Part shown: positions 27,664 to 35,005 of the stretch, piece by piece
Layout: the number at the start of each line of letters is the position of its first letter
Numbering within the stretch: the first letter of the stretch is position 1
Source of the DNA: a virus
Taxonomy: Duplodnaviria; Caudoviricetes
Direction: 5' to 3' (one strand)
IMG/VR virus record: IMGVR_UViG_3300046508_000033
Coordinates: 1-35,479 of that record
Length of the DNA stretch: 35,479 bases
Program-made: the position numbers and the translations under genes
Notes under the pieces: model-generated
Database searches by the model: none
The model's input: the letters and a program-made list of their open reading frames with translations, nothing else
What the model was told of the DNA's origin: nothing

Positions 27664-28011
27664 TTATGGCCTCCATGATGGCTTGGTTGATGGCCTGTTG
27701 CCCCTTTTCCCCTGATTGGCCGCTGCCTGGATGCGGTCGGCTGCAAAAAAGGGGACTTGAGCATCATAGCAAGTTACTAAAAACGCCCCGCACTCTCCCT
27801 GATTCGCAGGATATTGAACAACACCCATTCCTTTTTCACCAACAGGCACCCACCTCCACCATTCTTTCCTGATATATTTAGTGTGGACTTCAATATCAGG
27901 TTGTAAGGCGCTCAAATTTTCGGCAAATTCAATGGGGTCATGGTCGCCCTTTGCAAAAAAATAAAGAGTTCCGTGACCCTCAAGTTCCCTTAATTCTCGG
28001 ATGACCATCAT
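27664..28011 (-). CDS. Hypothetical phage protein
   Basis: 115 aa, RBS AAGGAG, AT-richer than its flanks. Confidence 0.65.
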   Translation of the reverse strand: MMVIRELRELEGHGTLYFFAKGDHDPIEFAENLSALQPDIEVHTKYIRKEWWRWVPVGEKGMGVVQYPANQGECGAFLVTCYDAQVPFFAADRIQAAANQGKRGNRPSTKPSWRP

Positions 28012-28051
28012 CCCACATTCTCCTTTAATCCATGGGCTGGTGAAACATATT

Positions 28052-29869
28052 TCACGCCGCCTCCCTCGCCCTTACCGGGCTGATCACCCCGTCCTGAATC
28101 CACCACACCGCAAGTTCCGGGATAGGTGAGGGGTCGGCATGGTCACTGGTGGCGAACACCAAAATAGTGTCGAAATCCTTGTGCACTGCCAGGAGAAAGT
28201 CTATCAGTTGGCTCCGATTCAGGGGATCGAGGATGTCAGCCTCGTCGACGAGGAACAGACGGGCGCCGGCCAGAGTAGCCAGCACATATTGAAAGCAAAT
28301 CCCTGCCCGATATCTGGCGGATTTCGATAGCAGAGAAAATGGGGTAATCCCCCGGTAGACCTCCAGATCCTGCGTCAGGTGCAAGGGCTGGTGTTCATCG
28401 CAATCCGGGAAGAGATACCCAGATCCGAACGCCAGCCTTTCGTTGACCGGCCCCAGGGCCTCTGTAATGAGTTGTGAGGGGATACCCGTGGGCGCCAGGG
28501 CTTTGGCCAAAGCATCATAAAGGACCACCTCCTTATCGGCCTCAGCCAGCTTGACGGCCGCCGCATCCGCCGCCTCTTTCTCCCGCCAGAACTTGCGCAC
28601 CGCGTCCAGGAGGTCGAGGCCTACCTGCAGCCGGAAGTCCAGGGCGGTGATCTGCTCATCTATCCCGGCGGTGACCGTGGCCTGGTCCTCTTGGGCTTTA
28701 AGTTTGGCGATCTTGTCCACCAGGGCCTGGCGGGTTTGGGTGTAGGAGTCAAAGGCGCCCTGCTTGGCCTGGGCCAGCTTGAGTCCTTCCACCAGGCGGA
28801 CAACTTCCACTTCCTGCTCCTGCAAGTCCGCCGTCACCTTCTTGACCTTCACAGGGTCCGGGGCTATGTCGCCGGACACCCCCACCTCCTTAGCCTTGGG
28901 GCAGGGCACATCGGAGCCGGAGAACACTGGGCACAGGTCTGGATAGAACCGGGGGGCCTTGCCGGGCTTCAATGCTTCAGCCTGCTTTTTCAGATCATCC
29001 AGAATCGGCCGGTTGATCTCCAGGAACTTCTCCCATTCCTCCACCTTCCCCTCTTCCTGTAGGTCTGGGCATTCGGCCTCGAGCCTTGCCAGCGCCGCCT
29101 CCAATTCCGGGAGTTTATCAGCCTGGGCCTCCATCTTGCCCCGCTTCTTCAAGAGAGTGTCCCGTTCCGTCCGGAGCACCGATAACCCTTTTTCCACATC
29201 GGGCGCCTGGATATCGGGGAGGATGAATTCCTTGTCCCCGATGGTGGCCCGGGGGGCGGGTTCATCTACCGTGGCCATGGACCGCAGACTTTTTGCAACA
29301 CGGCGCCGGGTGATGGCTTCGGTTTCGGCTGCGGCAAAACCATCCTGTTCGGCCTTCTTCGCCAGTTCATCAATAGTGTCGATAGTCGCATCCGTGGGAG
29401 TCTTTTCCGGGAGCACTTCCACCAGACTATCCACCAGGCGCATGCCGATATCTTTCCGGGTCGGATTGAGGCCAGGGATATGCTTGAACAGCACCTCCCG
29501 CCGCTCCTTGTCCGCCAGGGATAGGAAGGCAAGGGGGTCGGCCAGAATGGAAAACATGACTTGGTCGTCCGGGACCGGGCCGGTGACCGTGGCCGGGGTC
29601 TTGGGCGTCTTCTTCCGGGCGAGAACCTGCTTATCCGCCAGGGTGAGCGTTACCTCCGCGGCCTTGGCGCCATCGTGAATTAGCTGGGCCTGGGCTTCGT
29701 GCGTTTTGAGACCGCGGGCCTGGCCGGTGAGACACCACTGCACCGCGTCCCTCAGGCTGGACTTGCCGGCCTCATTCGGACCTGCAATGATGTTCACCGG
29801 GGCCTGGAGGTCCATCTCCAGGGATTCTATGGCCAGAAAATTATGGATCGTGAGCTTGTCTATTTTCAA
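28052..29869 (-). CDS. SMC/Rad50/SbcC-like ABC ATPase
   Basis: Walker A GPNEAGKS, long coiled coil with central CPVF...CP, degenerate signature LSKSAR, Walker B LFLVDEAD. Confidence 0.9.
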   Translation of the reverse strand: MKIDKLTIHNFLAIESLEMDLQAPVNIIAGPNEAGKSSLRDAVQWCLTGQARGLKTHEAQAQLIHDGAKAAEVTLTLADKQVLARKKTPKTPATVTGPVPDDQVMFSILADPLAFLSLADKERREVLFKHIPGLNPTRKDIGMRLVDSLVEVLPEKTPTDATIDTIDELAKKAEQDGFAAAETEAITRRRVAKSLRSMATVDEPAPRATIGDKEFILPDIQAPDVEKGLSVLRTERDTLLKKRGKMEAQADKLPELEAALARLEAECPDLQEEGKVEEWEKFLEINRPILDDLKKQAEALKPGKAPRFYPDLCPVFSGSDVPCPKAKEVGVSGDIAPDPVKVKKVTADLQEQEVEVVRLVEGLKLAQAKQGAFDSYTQTRQALVDKIAKLKAQEDQATVTAGIDEQITALDFRLQVGLDLLDAVRKFWREKEAADAAAVKLAEADKEVVLYDALAKALAPTGIPSQLITEALGPVNERLAFGSGYLFPDCDEHQPLHLTQDLEVYRGITPFSLLSKSARYRAGICFQYVLATLAGARLFLVDEADILDPLNRSQLIDFLLAVHKDFDTILVFATSDHADPSPIPELAVWWIQDGVISPVRAREAA

Positions 29870-30084
29870 GATAGCCTCCCTTCAAATAGGCACCGGATAC
29901 CATTCCTTACTGCCTGGCGGTAAAAATAGTATGGCTCGACAAGCCATAGAAATTCCATGACCGACTCATAAGCCGCCTTGGCTGCTGCTGGGGCTGCTGC
30001 CGAGATGACCCAGGGACCGACTTCGAAGTTTGCCAAGCTCTTATACATCTTTTTGCTTTGTTCTGGAGATTCTCCGATTGTCAT
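29866..30084 (-). CDS. Hypothetical protein
   Basis: Strong RBS TAAGGAGG. Overlaps the ATPase start by 4 nt. Confidence 0.6.
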   Translation of the reverse strand: MTIGESPEQSKKMYKSLANFEVGPWVISAAAPAAAKAAYESVMEFLWLVEPYYFYRQAVRNGIRCLFEGRLS

Positions 30085-30100
30085 AAAAAGTCCTCCTTAC

Positions 30101-30129
30101 AAAATAGGGGGCCGGATTAGTGGCCCCCT
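30101..30129 (-). terminator. GC hairpin closing the array (terminator or processing stem)
   Basis: AGGGGGCC-actaatcc-GGCCCCCT followed by ATTTT. Confidence 0.65.
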
Positions 30130-30134
30130 TCCTT

Positions 30135-30344
30135 GCTCCATGCCTGGCCTTGCCTTGCCGTGCAGTGCCTCGCCTGGCCTCGTTCCTTGCCGTGCCATGC
30201 CGTGCCGCGGTCCGAGCCTTGCCCCGCCCCGCCGCGCCAAGCCGGTCCATGTTCCAGGCCTTGCCTCGCCAGGCCACGCCGTGCCGCGCCCCGCCATGTT
30301 CCCCGCCCCGCCTCGCCACGCCAGACCGCGCCTTGCCGCGGGCC
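30135..30344 (-). repeat. GGC-NN pentamer array: five units separated by GG(A/C)NC punctuation
   Basis: Hand parse gives 39 variable dinucleotides, 34 internal triplets (31 GGC, 1 GGT, 1 GGA, 1 TGC) and 6 separators (GGCCC, GGAAC, GGAAC, GGACC, GGAAC, GGAGC), accounting for exactly 210 nt. Confidence 0.95.
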
Positions 30345-30349
30345 TTGAC

Positions 30350-30817
30350 TTACGTTTCCTTCACCGGGTCCGCATAAGTAAGTTGCTGGGCCGCGGTAGC
30401 CGCCGCCAATTTCAGTTGCGCCCCCAAATTCTGGAAATGGTCACAGACCCTTACTTCTTCCGGGGCCAAGCCGGTTCTGTCTGTCCTTGCAGCAACGAGA
30501 GAGGCCCTATCGACCTTGCTTAAGCCGCTATCAAATAGGGCGACGGAATGAGTAACCCGTTTATGAGAATCCAGAAACTCAAATCCTTCGTCACGGACAG
30601 CCTTGGTTACAAGGTTGTTTTCCTTGAAGAGTTTCGCTCGCCAGGAGTTCGTGACTGTCCAGAACCGAGGTTCCTTGCGCTGATTCCCGAGACAAGCCGT
30701 AATATCCGCGTAGGAAATGAAGTCCCCCGGTTTAGGGACGCCAAATTTTTCCTGTAATCGCTGGACATCAATATCCGTAGGAAGGCCACCGACACCGATT
30801 TTAACGCCGGTATCCAT
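30350..30817 (-). CDS. Hypothetical protein, probable accessory of the RAMP/array locus
   Basis: ATG 1 nt after the RAMP-like stop. Its own stop lies 5 nt before the array. Confidence 0.8.
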   Translation of the reverse strand: MDTGVKIGVGGLPTDIDVQRLQEKFGVPKPGDFISYADITACLGNQRKEPRFWTVTNSWRAKLFKENNLVTKAVRDEGFEFLDSHKRVTHSVALFDSGLSKVDRASLVAARTDRTGLAPEEVRVCDHFQNLGAQLKLAAATAAQQLTYADPVKET

Positions 30818-30818
30818 G

Positions 30819-31487
30819 CTACACCGCCTTTATGGTGGCCGTGAACTTACCCCATGGCCCCGGTGACTTCGGGGAAGACGGCCGCCAGTCACCCATGCCC
30901 GCATAGTTCCCGGCAAAGGTCAGGATGTTTTTCAGAACGTCCCTGGTAATCATTTCATCAAATACGGTGATGGTCCCTTTGCAGGACCATTGATCGAAAC
31001 GGGGCCGGACGCGCACATGCTTTGCTTGGCCGATCTTGGCGCGCTTCACAAACAAACTGAACCCTAATTCCTGCGCCTGTAGTTCGTGGAGGGCGAAATC
31101 CGGCTCCTCAATTAGAGCCTTTATGGGAGCATAAGGGACCTCTGCGCCATCCTTTACGGTCAACGTCCAGGCACTTTGGTCCACCACAAGCCCACTCTGG
31201 GTTTGGGCCTTGAAGGTTTTTTTACCGTTGCCGGTAGGACAACGAGTGCCGCCCTCACGAAGCACGGTCATAAGGTTATCTGAGGGGATTACGACACGCC
31301 CCTGTTCGACGTAGAGATTACCAATCCACCGCCAGGCAGGGGACCGATCATCGCCTTTGACAGAGATTTTTTGGTTTGCCGGGTCGAGTTCCCATTTTTT
31401 CATAACTTCGGCCCAGGAAAGGTTGTCGTGATGCATCAACAAAGGGGTTTCTCCAGTGAGTTCGACTGCGTAAGTGCTGTGATTCAT
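30819..31487 (-). CDS. Stand-alone RAMP/Cas7-like RNA-binding protein (222 aa)
   Basis: YAVELTGETPLLMH (RRM beta1), VVIPSDNLMTVLREG (cf. IPGSSLKG.LR), VRVRPRF, and C-terminal Gly-rich loop AGNYAGMGDWRP...GPWGKF. True start is ATG 31487 with an AAGGAGG RBS, not 31742. Confidence 0.75.
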   Translation of the reverse strand: MNHSTYAVELTGETPLLMHHDNLSWAEVMKKWELDPANQKISVKGDDRSPAWRWIGNLYVEQGRVVIPSDNLMTVLREGGTRCPTGNGKKTFKAQTQSGLVVDQSAWTLTVKDGAEVPYAPIKALIEEPDFALHELQAQELGFSLFVKRAKIGQAKHVRVRPRFDQWSCKGTITVFDEMITRDVLKNILTFAGNYAGMGDWRPSSPKSPGPWGKFTATIKAV

Positions 31488-31488
31488 G

Positions 31489-32631
31489 TCATGCCTCCTT
31501 ACCCTGTTTATGAAACCCAACCTTCTCAACTTCCTTACTCGCCGCCCCGGCCAGAATCTCCCCCAGCAGGTCCTGACGCTTAAGTTTCTTGAGGCCGCGC
31601 TCAAGGGCCGTTTTGGTAGTCGAGAGCACATTCCACATTTGGTCCTTTTCCAGACCCTGGTCCATGAGATATAAGGCGATCTCCTTGGGGTCAAGGTCGT
31701 ATGAGGTTGATAAACTGGGGCCATAGCACATATCTCCGACAATCACCGGCCCGTTCTCCTTAACCCATGCCTTGAGCCGATCCTTGAGGGCCTTCTCCAT
31801 CTCGGTTATCGCCAGGAGGATACCGGCCGCCTTGGTTGCCTGTTCCCGGGTCGCCGGGGCCATGACTTCGACGGGCACGAGGGCCTGGGACATGGTGGGG
31901 CAAAATGACTGCACCCCACACATTCCGCAGTAACTCCCGGGCCGTGGATCAAAATGCTTCTCGCCTTCGATGATGGCGATCTTGGCCTCCAGTTCCTGAG
32001 GCACGGTGTCGAGATCTTCCGGCAGGAGCAAGATTTCCCGCTCGGCGCCATAGCGGAGAAAGTGTAGGCGTAACAGGACCTCTTCGGCGTCGGGGTAGAG
32101 GGATTTGCGCACGGCCCAGCCGTATATCCTCAACTGAAGGGGGATATGATCCGGGTCGATGTTGATGATTGCCCGGTTGGTCTTAAAATCAATGACCACG
32201 GCCAACCCGCCCTGCAGGAAAGTGAAGTCGGCAATTGCCCTGAAAAAAGCATCGGCCGCAAACCAGTCCACCGTCTGCCAGGCTCGGTTAAAGGCCAGTC
32301 GCTTTTCGATGCCCGGCTTTTCGATAGGCGGGAGTACGAAGTTTTCAAAGAACTGGGTGAAAATCTCGGCCACGTCCGGATGAGTGGAAGGCGTGAGCAG
32401 GCCCCCAGCCCAATCCCAATCTGTCACCTGGCCGGTATTCACCAGGCGAGAGAGATAGTCGCCGGCCAACTTGTGAGTGTCCCTGCCGATGATCAGGGGT
32501 TCACTGTCCGCCCGCGGTATCTTTTCGATACGGACCTTTTTGAACGCGTGGGGGCAACCACCATGGACCTCCCCGCCAAAATACATCTCCAACGCGGACC
32601 ATGAATAGGCCGGGGGTTTCTTGCTTGCCAT
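31489..32631 (-). CDS. PD-(D/E)XK nuclease, Cas4/AddB-like with four Cys (putative Fe-S)
   Basis: YSWSAL...CP, G...H, E...AIAD...VIDFKT, QLRIY, and CGMCGVQSFC. Confidence 0.88.
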   Translation of the reverse strand: MASKKPPAYSWSALEMYFGGEVHGGCPHAFKKVRIEKIPRADSEPLIIGRDTHKLAGDYLSRLVNTGQVTDWDWAGGLLTPSTHPDVAEIFTQFFENFVLPPIEKPGIEKRLAFNRAWQTVDWFAADAFFRAIADFTFLQGGLAVVIDFKTNRAIINIDPDHIPLQLRIYGWAVRKSLYPDAEEVLLRLHFLRYGAEREILLLPEDLDTVPQELEAKIAIIEGEKHFDPRPGSYCGMCGVQSFCPTMSQALVPVEVMAPATREQATKAAGILLAITEMEKALKDRLKAWVKENGPVIVGDMCYGPSLSTSYDLDPKEIALYLMDQGLEKDQMWNVLSTTKTALERGLKKLKRQDLLGEILAGAASKEVEKVGFHKQGKEA

Positions 32632-32654
32632 ATATTTAGGATCCTCCCTTAAAA

Positions 32655-32682
32655 TTGAAAAGGGGCCCCGGAATGGACCCCT
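32655..32682 (-). terminator. GC hairpin with T-tract upstream of the Cas4-like gene
   Basis: AGGGGTCC-attccg-GGGCCCCT followed by TTTCAATTTT. Confidence 0.6.
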
Positions 32683-32740
32683 CTATCTATAGGTGTTTCG
32701 TGAAGAAAATAGCCCAAAAATGGGCATTACGGGCCCGGCC

Positions 32741-34108
32741 TTAAAAAAGCGATTTACGATCCCCATTGCCCCTGGCCTGCCCACCGTTATCTTTGGGGGG
32801 CGCCGCCGAGGACCGGCCGCCTTGCGGGGATGTCGCCAGCCGTTCCTGGCCCTCCTGGGTTTCGGACGCGGTGACGATTTGCACCTTGATCCCGGATTCC
32901 GCAAAGGTCTTGACGATCATTTCCGGGGTAAGCCTCCTGGCCACTTCCGCCAGGTTGTCCACCAGTTCCAGGGTGATAACCATTTCTTCCTGAAGGTTCA
33001 TAGAATAATCGAGCCAGCGACCGATCTTCCGGCCGTCCCGAGTAGTGAGTTCGCAAGGCAGGTCATCGGCCATGAAGCCGACCTTTTCCACCAGATCCAT
33101 CAATTCCGGGAGGGTGATCTTGCCTATTGGACGAATGCCCTCCTGCTCCACGCCGTCCCCCTGCTCCTGGCCCTGCGTCCCTGCCGCCGCTGATACTTCC
33201 GGGGCGACCGTGGGTGATTGGGTGGCTGGGGGCGCTTTCGTGCTGCTATGGGGCTTAGAGGCGGTCGGTTCGATCACCACCCCCTCGGGATAGAACTCTT
33301 CGGCCGTCTCAACCTGCTCTTGTGTCGGTTCCTCATGCGGAGCCACCAGGAGTTTGCGGGCTTGGTCCTCGATCAGGTCCATCCTGATTTTATGCTCCAC
33401 CCGCTGGCGAGCCCGCTCATATCCCAATTCGGCAAGTGCGCTTTCAGGCCCCCGGTATTCAATGCTCATCACGAAGACCACCATGGGTTTGCCCGTTGTG
33501 GGGATGGTGACGGTTTTGGGAGACAACACCAGCATCAGGGGTATCCCAGACAACGGCCCCCCCGTAATTGCCTTGATAAGTGCCATGGATGACAAAATGG
33601 CGTTCACTGAGTTGAAGGAAGTTGTCCTAAAAGACCAAACCCCGCCCACCCGGTTGACGCCTTCGATGAGCACGGATAATGTTCCCAGGGTTTTGCACTT
33701 ATCCTGCCCCTGATACATAGGGTCCTGCCTCTCGCATGGACATGAAACCGGCTGGTAGTTGTCGTTCTCGCCGGTGAGCCGGGAGGCCCCTTCACCGTCC
33801 CCGGAACACCAGCACCGGGACCCCTTATAGCAGGCATAGCGGGTGAAGAAATTTAGGTCGATGTCGTCATACAGAAGACGAATCGGGATTTCGATGAGCT
33901 TGTCGCCCCCGGGGTTAATCTGGGCCATGAGGTCTATATCGGGCATGAGGCGTCCGCCCGCATCCCTTTGCATGGTCGTGATGACGATGTGGTCAAGTTT
34001 CTTGGGCTGGGCAAATTGCTTGCCCTGGGCTGAGGTTTTCATCTCGCCCTTCTCGCCAATTTTGATACGGCCTCTTTCAGCCAATCGCGGAATGAGATTC
34101 TTGATCAC
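32741..34108 (-). CDS. Gp3-like/recombination directionality factor-like protein
   Basis: GRIKIGEK...PKKLDH, CSGDGE, CPC...CK, and GGVWSFRTTSFNS. GTG start with AAGGAGG RBS. Low-complexity C-terminus. Confidence 0.7.
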   Translation of the reverse strand: MIKNLIPRLAERGRIKIGEKGEMKTSAQGKQFAQPKKLDHIVITTMQRDAGGRLMPDIDLMAQINPGGDKLIEIPIRLLYDDIDLNFFTRYACYKGSRCWCSGDGEGASRLTGENDNYQPVSCPCERQDPMYQGQDKCKTLGTLSVLIEGVNRVGGVWSFRTTSFNSVNAILSSMALIKAITGGPLSGIPLMLVLSPKTVTIPTTGKPMVVFVMSIEYRGPESALAELGYERARQRVEHKIRMDLIEDQARKLLVAPHEEPTQEQVETAEEFYPEGVVIEPTASKPHSSTKAPPATQSPTVAPEVSAAAGTQGQEQGDGVEQEGIRPIGKITLPELMDLVEKVGFMADDLPCELTTRDGRKIGRWLDYSMNLQEEMVITLELVDNLAEVARRLTPEMIVKTFAESGIKVQIVTASETQEGQERLATSPQGGRSSAAPPKDNGGQARGNGDRKSLF

Positions 34109-34649
34109 TTCGTGCCTCCTTTATTTTCTGTTGGTAAGTTCGGTTGTATTCATCACGACATTTCCGATGAATTGCATGAGCACCCTTTGCAACCATGTTC
34201 ATAGGATCATCGTAAGTTTTGCAAAAATAACACCTCTGCCAATTCGCATGGCCACATGCTTCATATGCCCGCTGCCTTTGATGAAGCAGCATATGGTATG
34301 CTTGGTCTTCACAAATTACCAACTGCTCCGGGGTATGGTGATGCACGACGTGAGGAAGTTTTAAAAACTTCTTAAGTGCCTTTTCTGCAATGAGGATATG
34401 CTCCGGAATCCACCCAAGCGAGGTGGCCCGCGGGTGTTCAGAATTGTGAATCATGGCATATCCTCTATTATTGACATACCGACCACCAGCCCACCTATGA
34501 TGCTTATGTCTGCACATTCTCGCTTGGTGATTCTGGAGATATTTGATGGGGTCTCCCTTGATATGTCCGTTCCTGACATCATTTCGCTGTGCGATCCTTG
34601 TCTTCCCACCGCACCCGCACTGGCATAGTCCAACGGGTATCTCTATCAT
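34077..34649 (-). CDS. HNH homing-endonuclease-like protein
   Basis: LCQCGCG, WAGGR...GY...HPRA...EHILIAEKAL...VVHH...LVICEDQAYHMLLH, and CYFC. Confidence 0.8.
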   Translation of the reverse strand: MIEIPVGLCQCGCGGKTRIAQRNDVRNGHIKGDPIKYLQNHQARMCRHKHHRWAGGRYVNNRGYAMIHNSEHPRATSLGWIPEHILIAEKALKKFLKLPHVVHHHTPEQLVICEDQAYHMLLHQRQRAYEACGHANWQRCYFCKTYDDPMNMVAKGAHAIHRKCRDEYNRTYQQKIKEARSDQESHSAIG

Positions 34650-34677
34650 AAAAAAGCCTCCTTACCCTATGTGGGTT

Positions 34678-34806
34678 TTACAGTGTCACCAGCATAAACA
34701 CGGCCAGGGCCAGAATCAGCAGCCCGGTCAAAAAGAAACCCAGCACGGCGTCAAAGGCCTCCCGGCGATCTTCCGGGGTCGATAAATAGGTTTTGTAGAA
34801 TTTCAT
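34678..34806 (-). CDS. Small membrane protein (42 aa)
   Basis: MKFYKTYLSTPEDRREAFDAVLGFFLTGLLILALAVFMLVTL with a GGAG RBS. Below the ORF track cutoff. Confidence 0.55.
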   Translation of the reverse strand: MKFYKTYLSTPEDRREAFDAVLGFFLTGLLILALAVFMLVTL

Positions 34807-34831
34807 GGTTTGGTCTCCCGGCACTGGTTAA

Positions 34832-35005
34832 TTAGGCCTTCCCTCTCGTGGTGCTGTTTTTCCTACGTTCATCTTCCAAACATTGCTCCAACCACTTGAT
34901 CTTGCTGTTTTCCAGATATTCCATGCCGCCCTTGAGCTGGAGAATCTCGGCTTCGAGTTCCTGGATGCGGCGGTTGGCTTCTTCCACATCGTTGTAGAAG
35001 GTCAT
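34832..35005 (-). CDS. Small coiled-coil protein (57 aa)
   Basis: [27 protein letters not shown]..., with an ATGA overlap to the pentapeptide gene stop. Confidence 0.6.
   Translation of the reverse strand: MTFYNDVEEANRRIQELEAEILQLKGGMEYLENSKIKWLEQCLEDERRKNSTTRGKA

Larger units (their letters stand above)
30101..30349 (-). ncRNA. Putative guide-RNA precursor (VIPR-like) transcribed from the GGC-NN array
   Basis: Intergenic, begins immediately after the 155-aa stop, ends in a hairpin, and lies two genes downstream of a RAMP-like gene. Transcription is inferred, not shown. Confidence 0.6.

Noticed and set aside
30135-30344. Canonical CRISPR array or simple microsatellite
   Set aside because: There are no 23-50 nt repeats with spacers. 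Variation is confined to the two NN positions and the separators, unlike slippage-driven satellite decay.
29978-30523. Several Arg/Gly/Ala/Pro-rich ORFs on both strands across the GGC-NN array
   Set aside because: A period-5 GC-rich repeat is stop-poor in most frames. The period is not a multiple of 3 and the products are low-complexity, so a non-coding reading fits better.
31488-31742. 85-aa N-terminal extension of the RAMP-like ORF in the track
   Set aside because: It overlaps the nuclease gene, and a clear AAGGAGG precedes ATG 31487.
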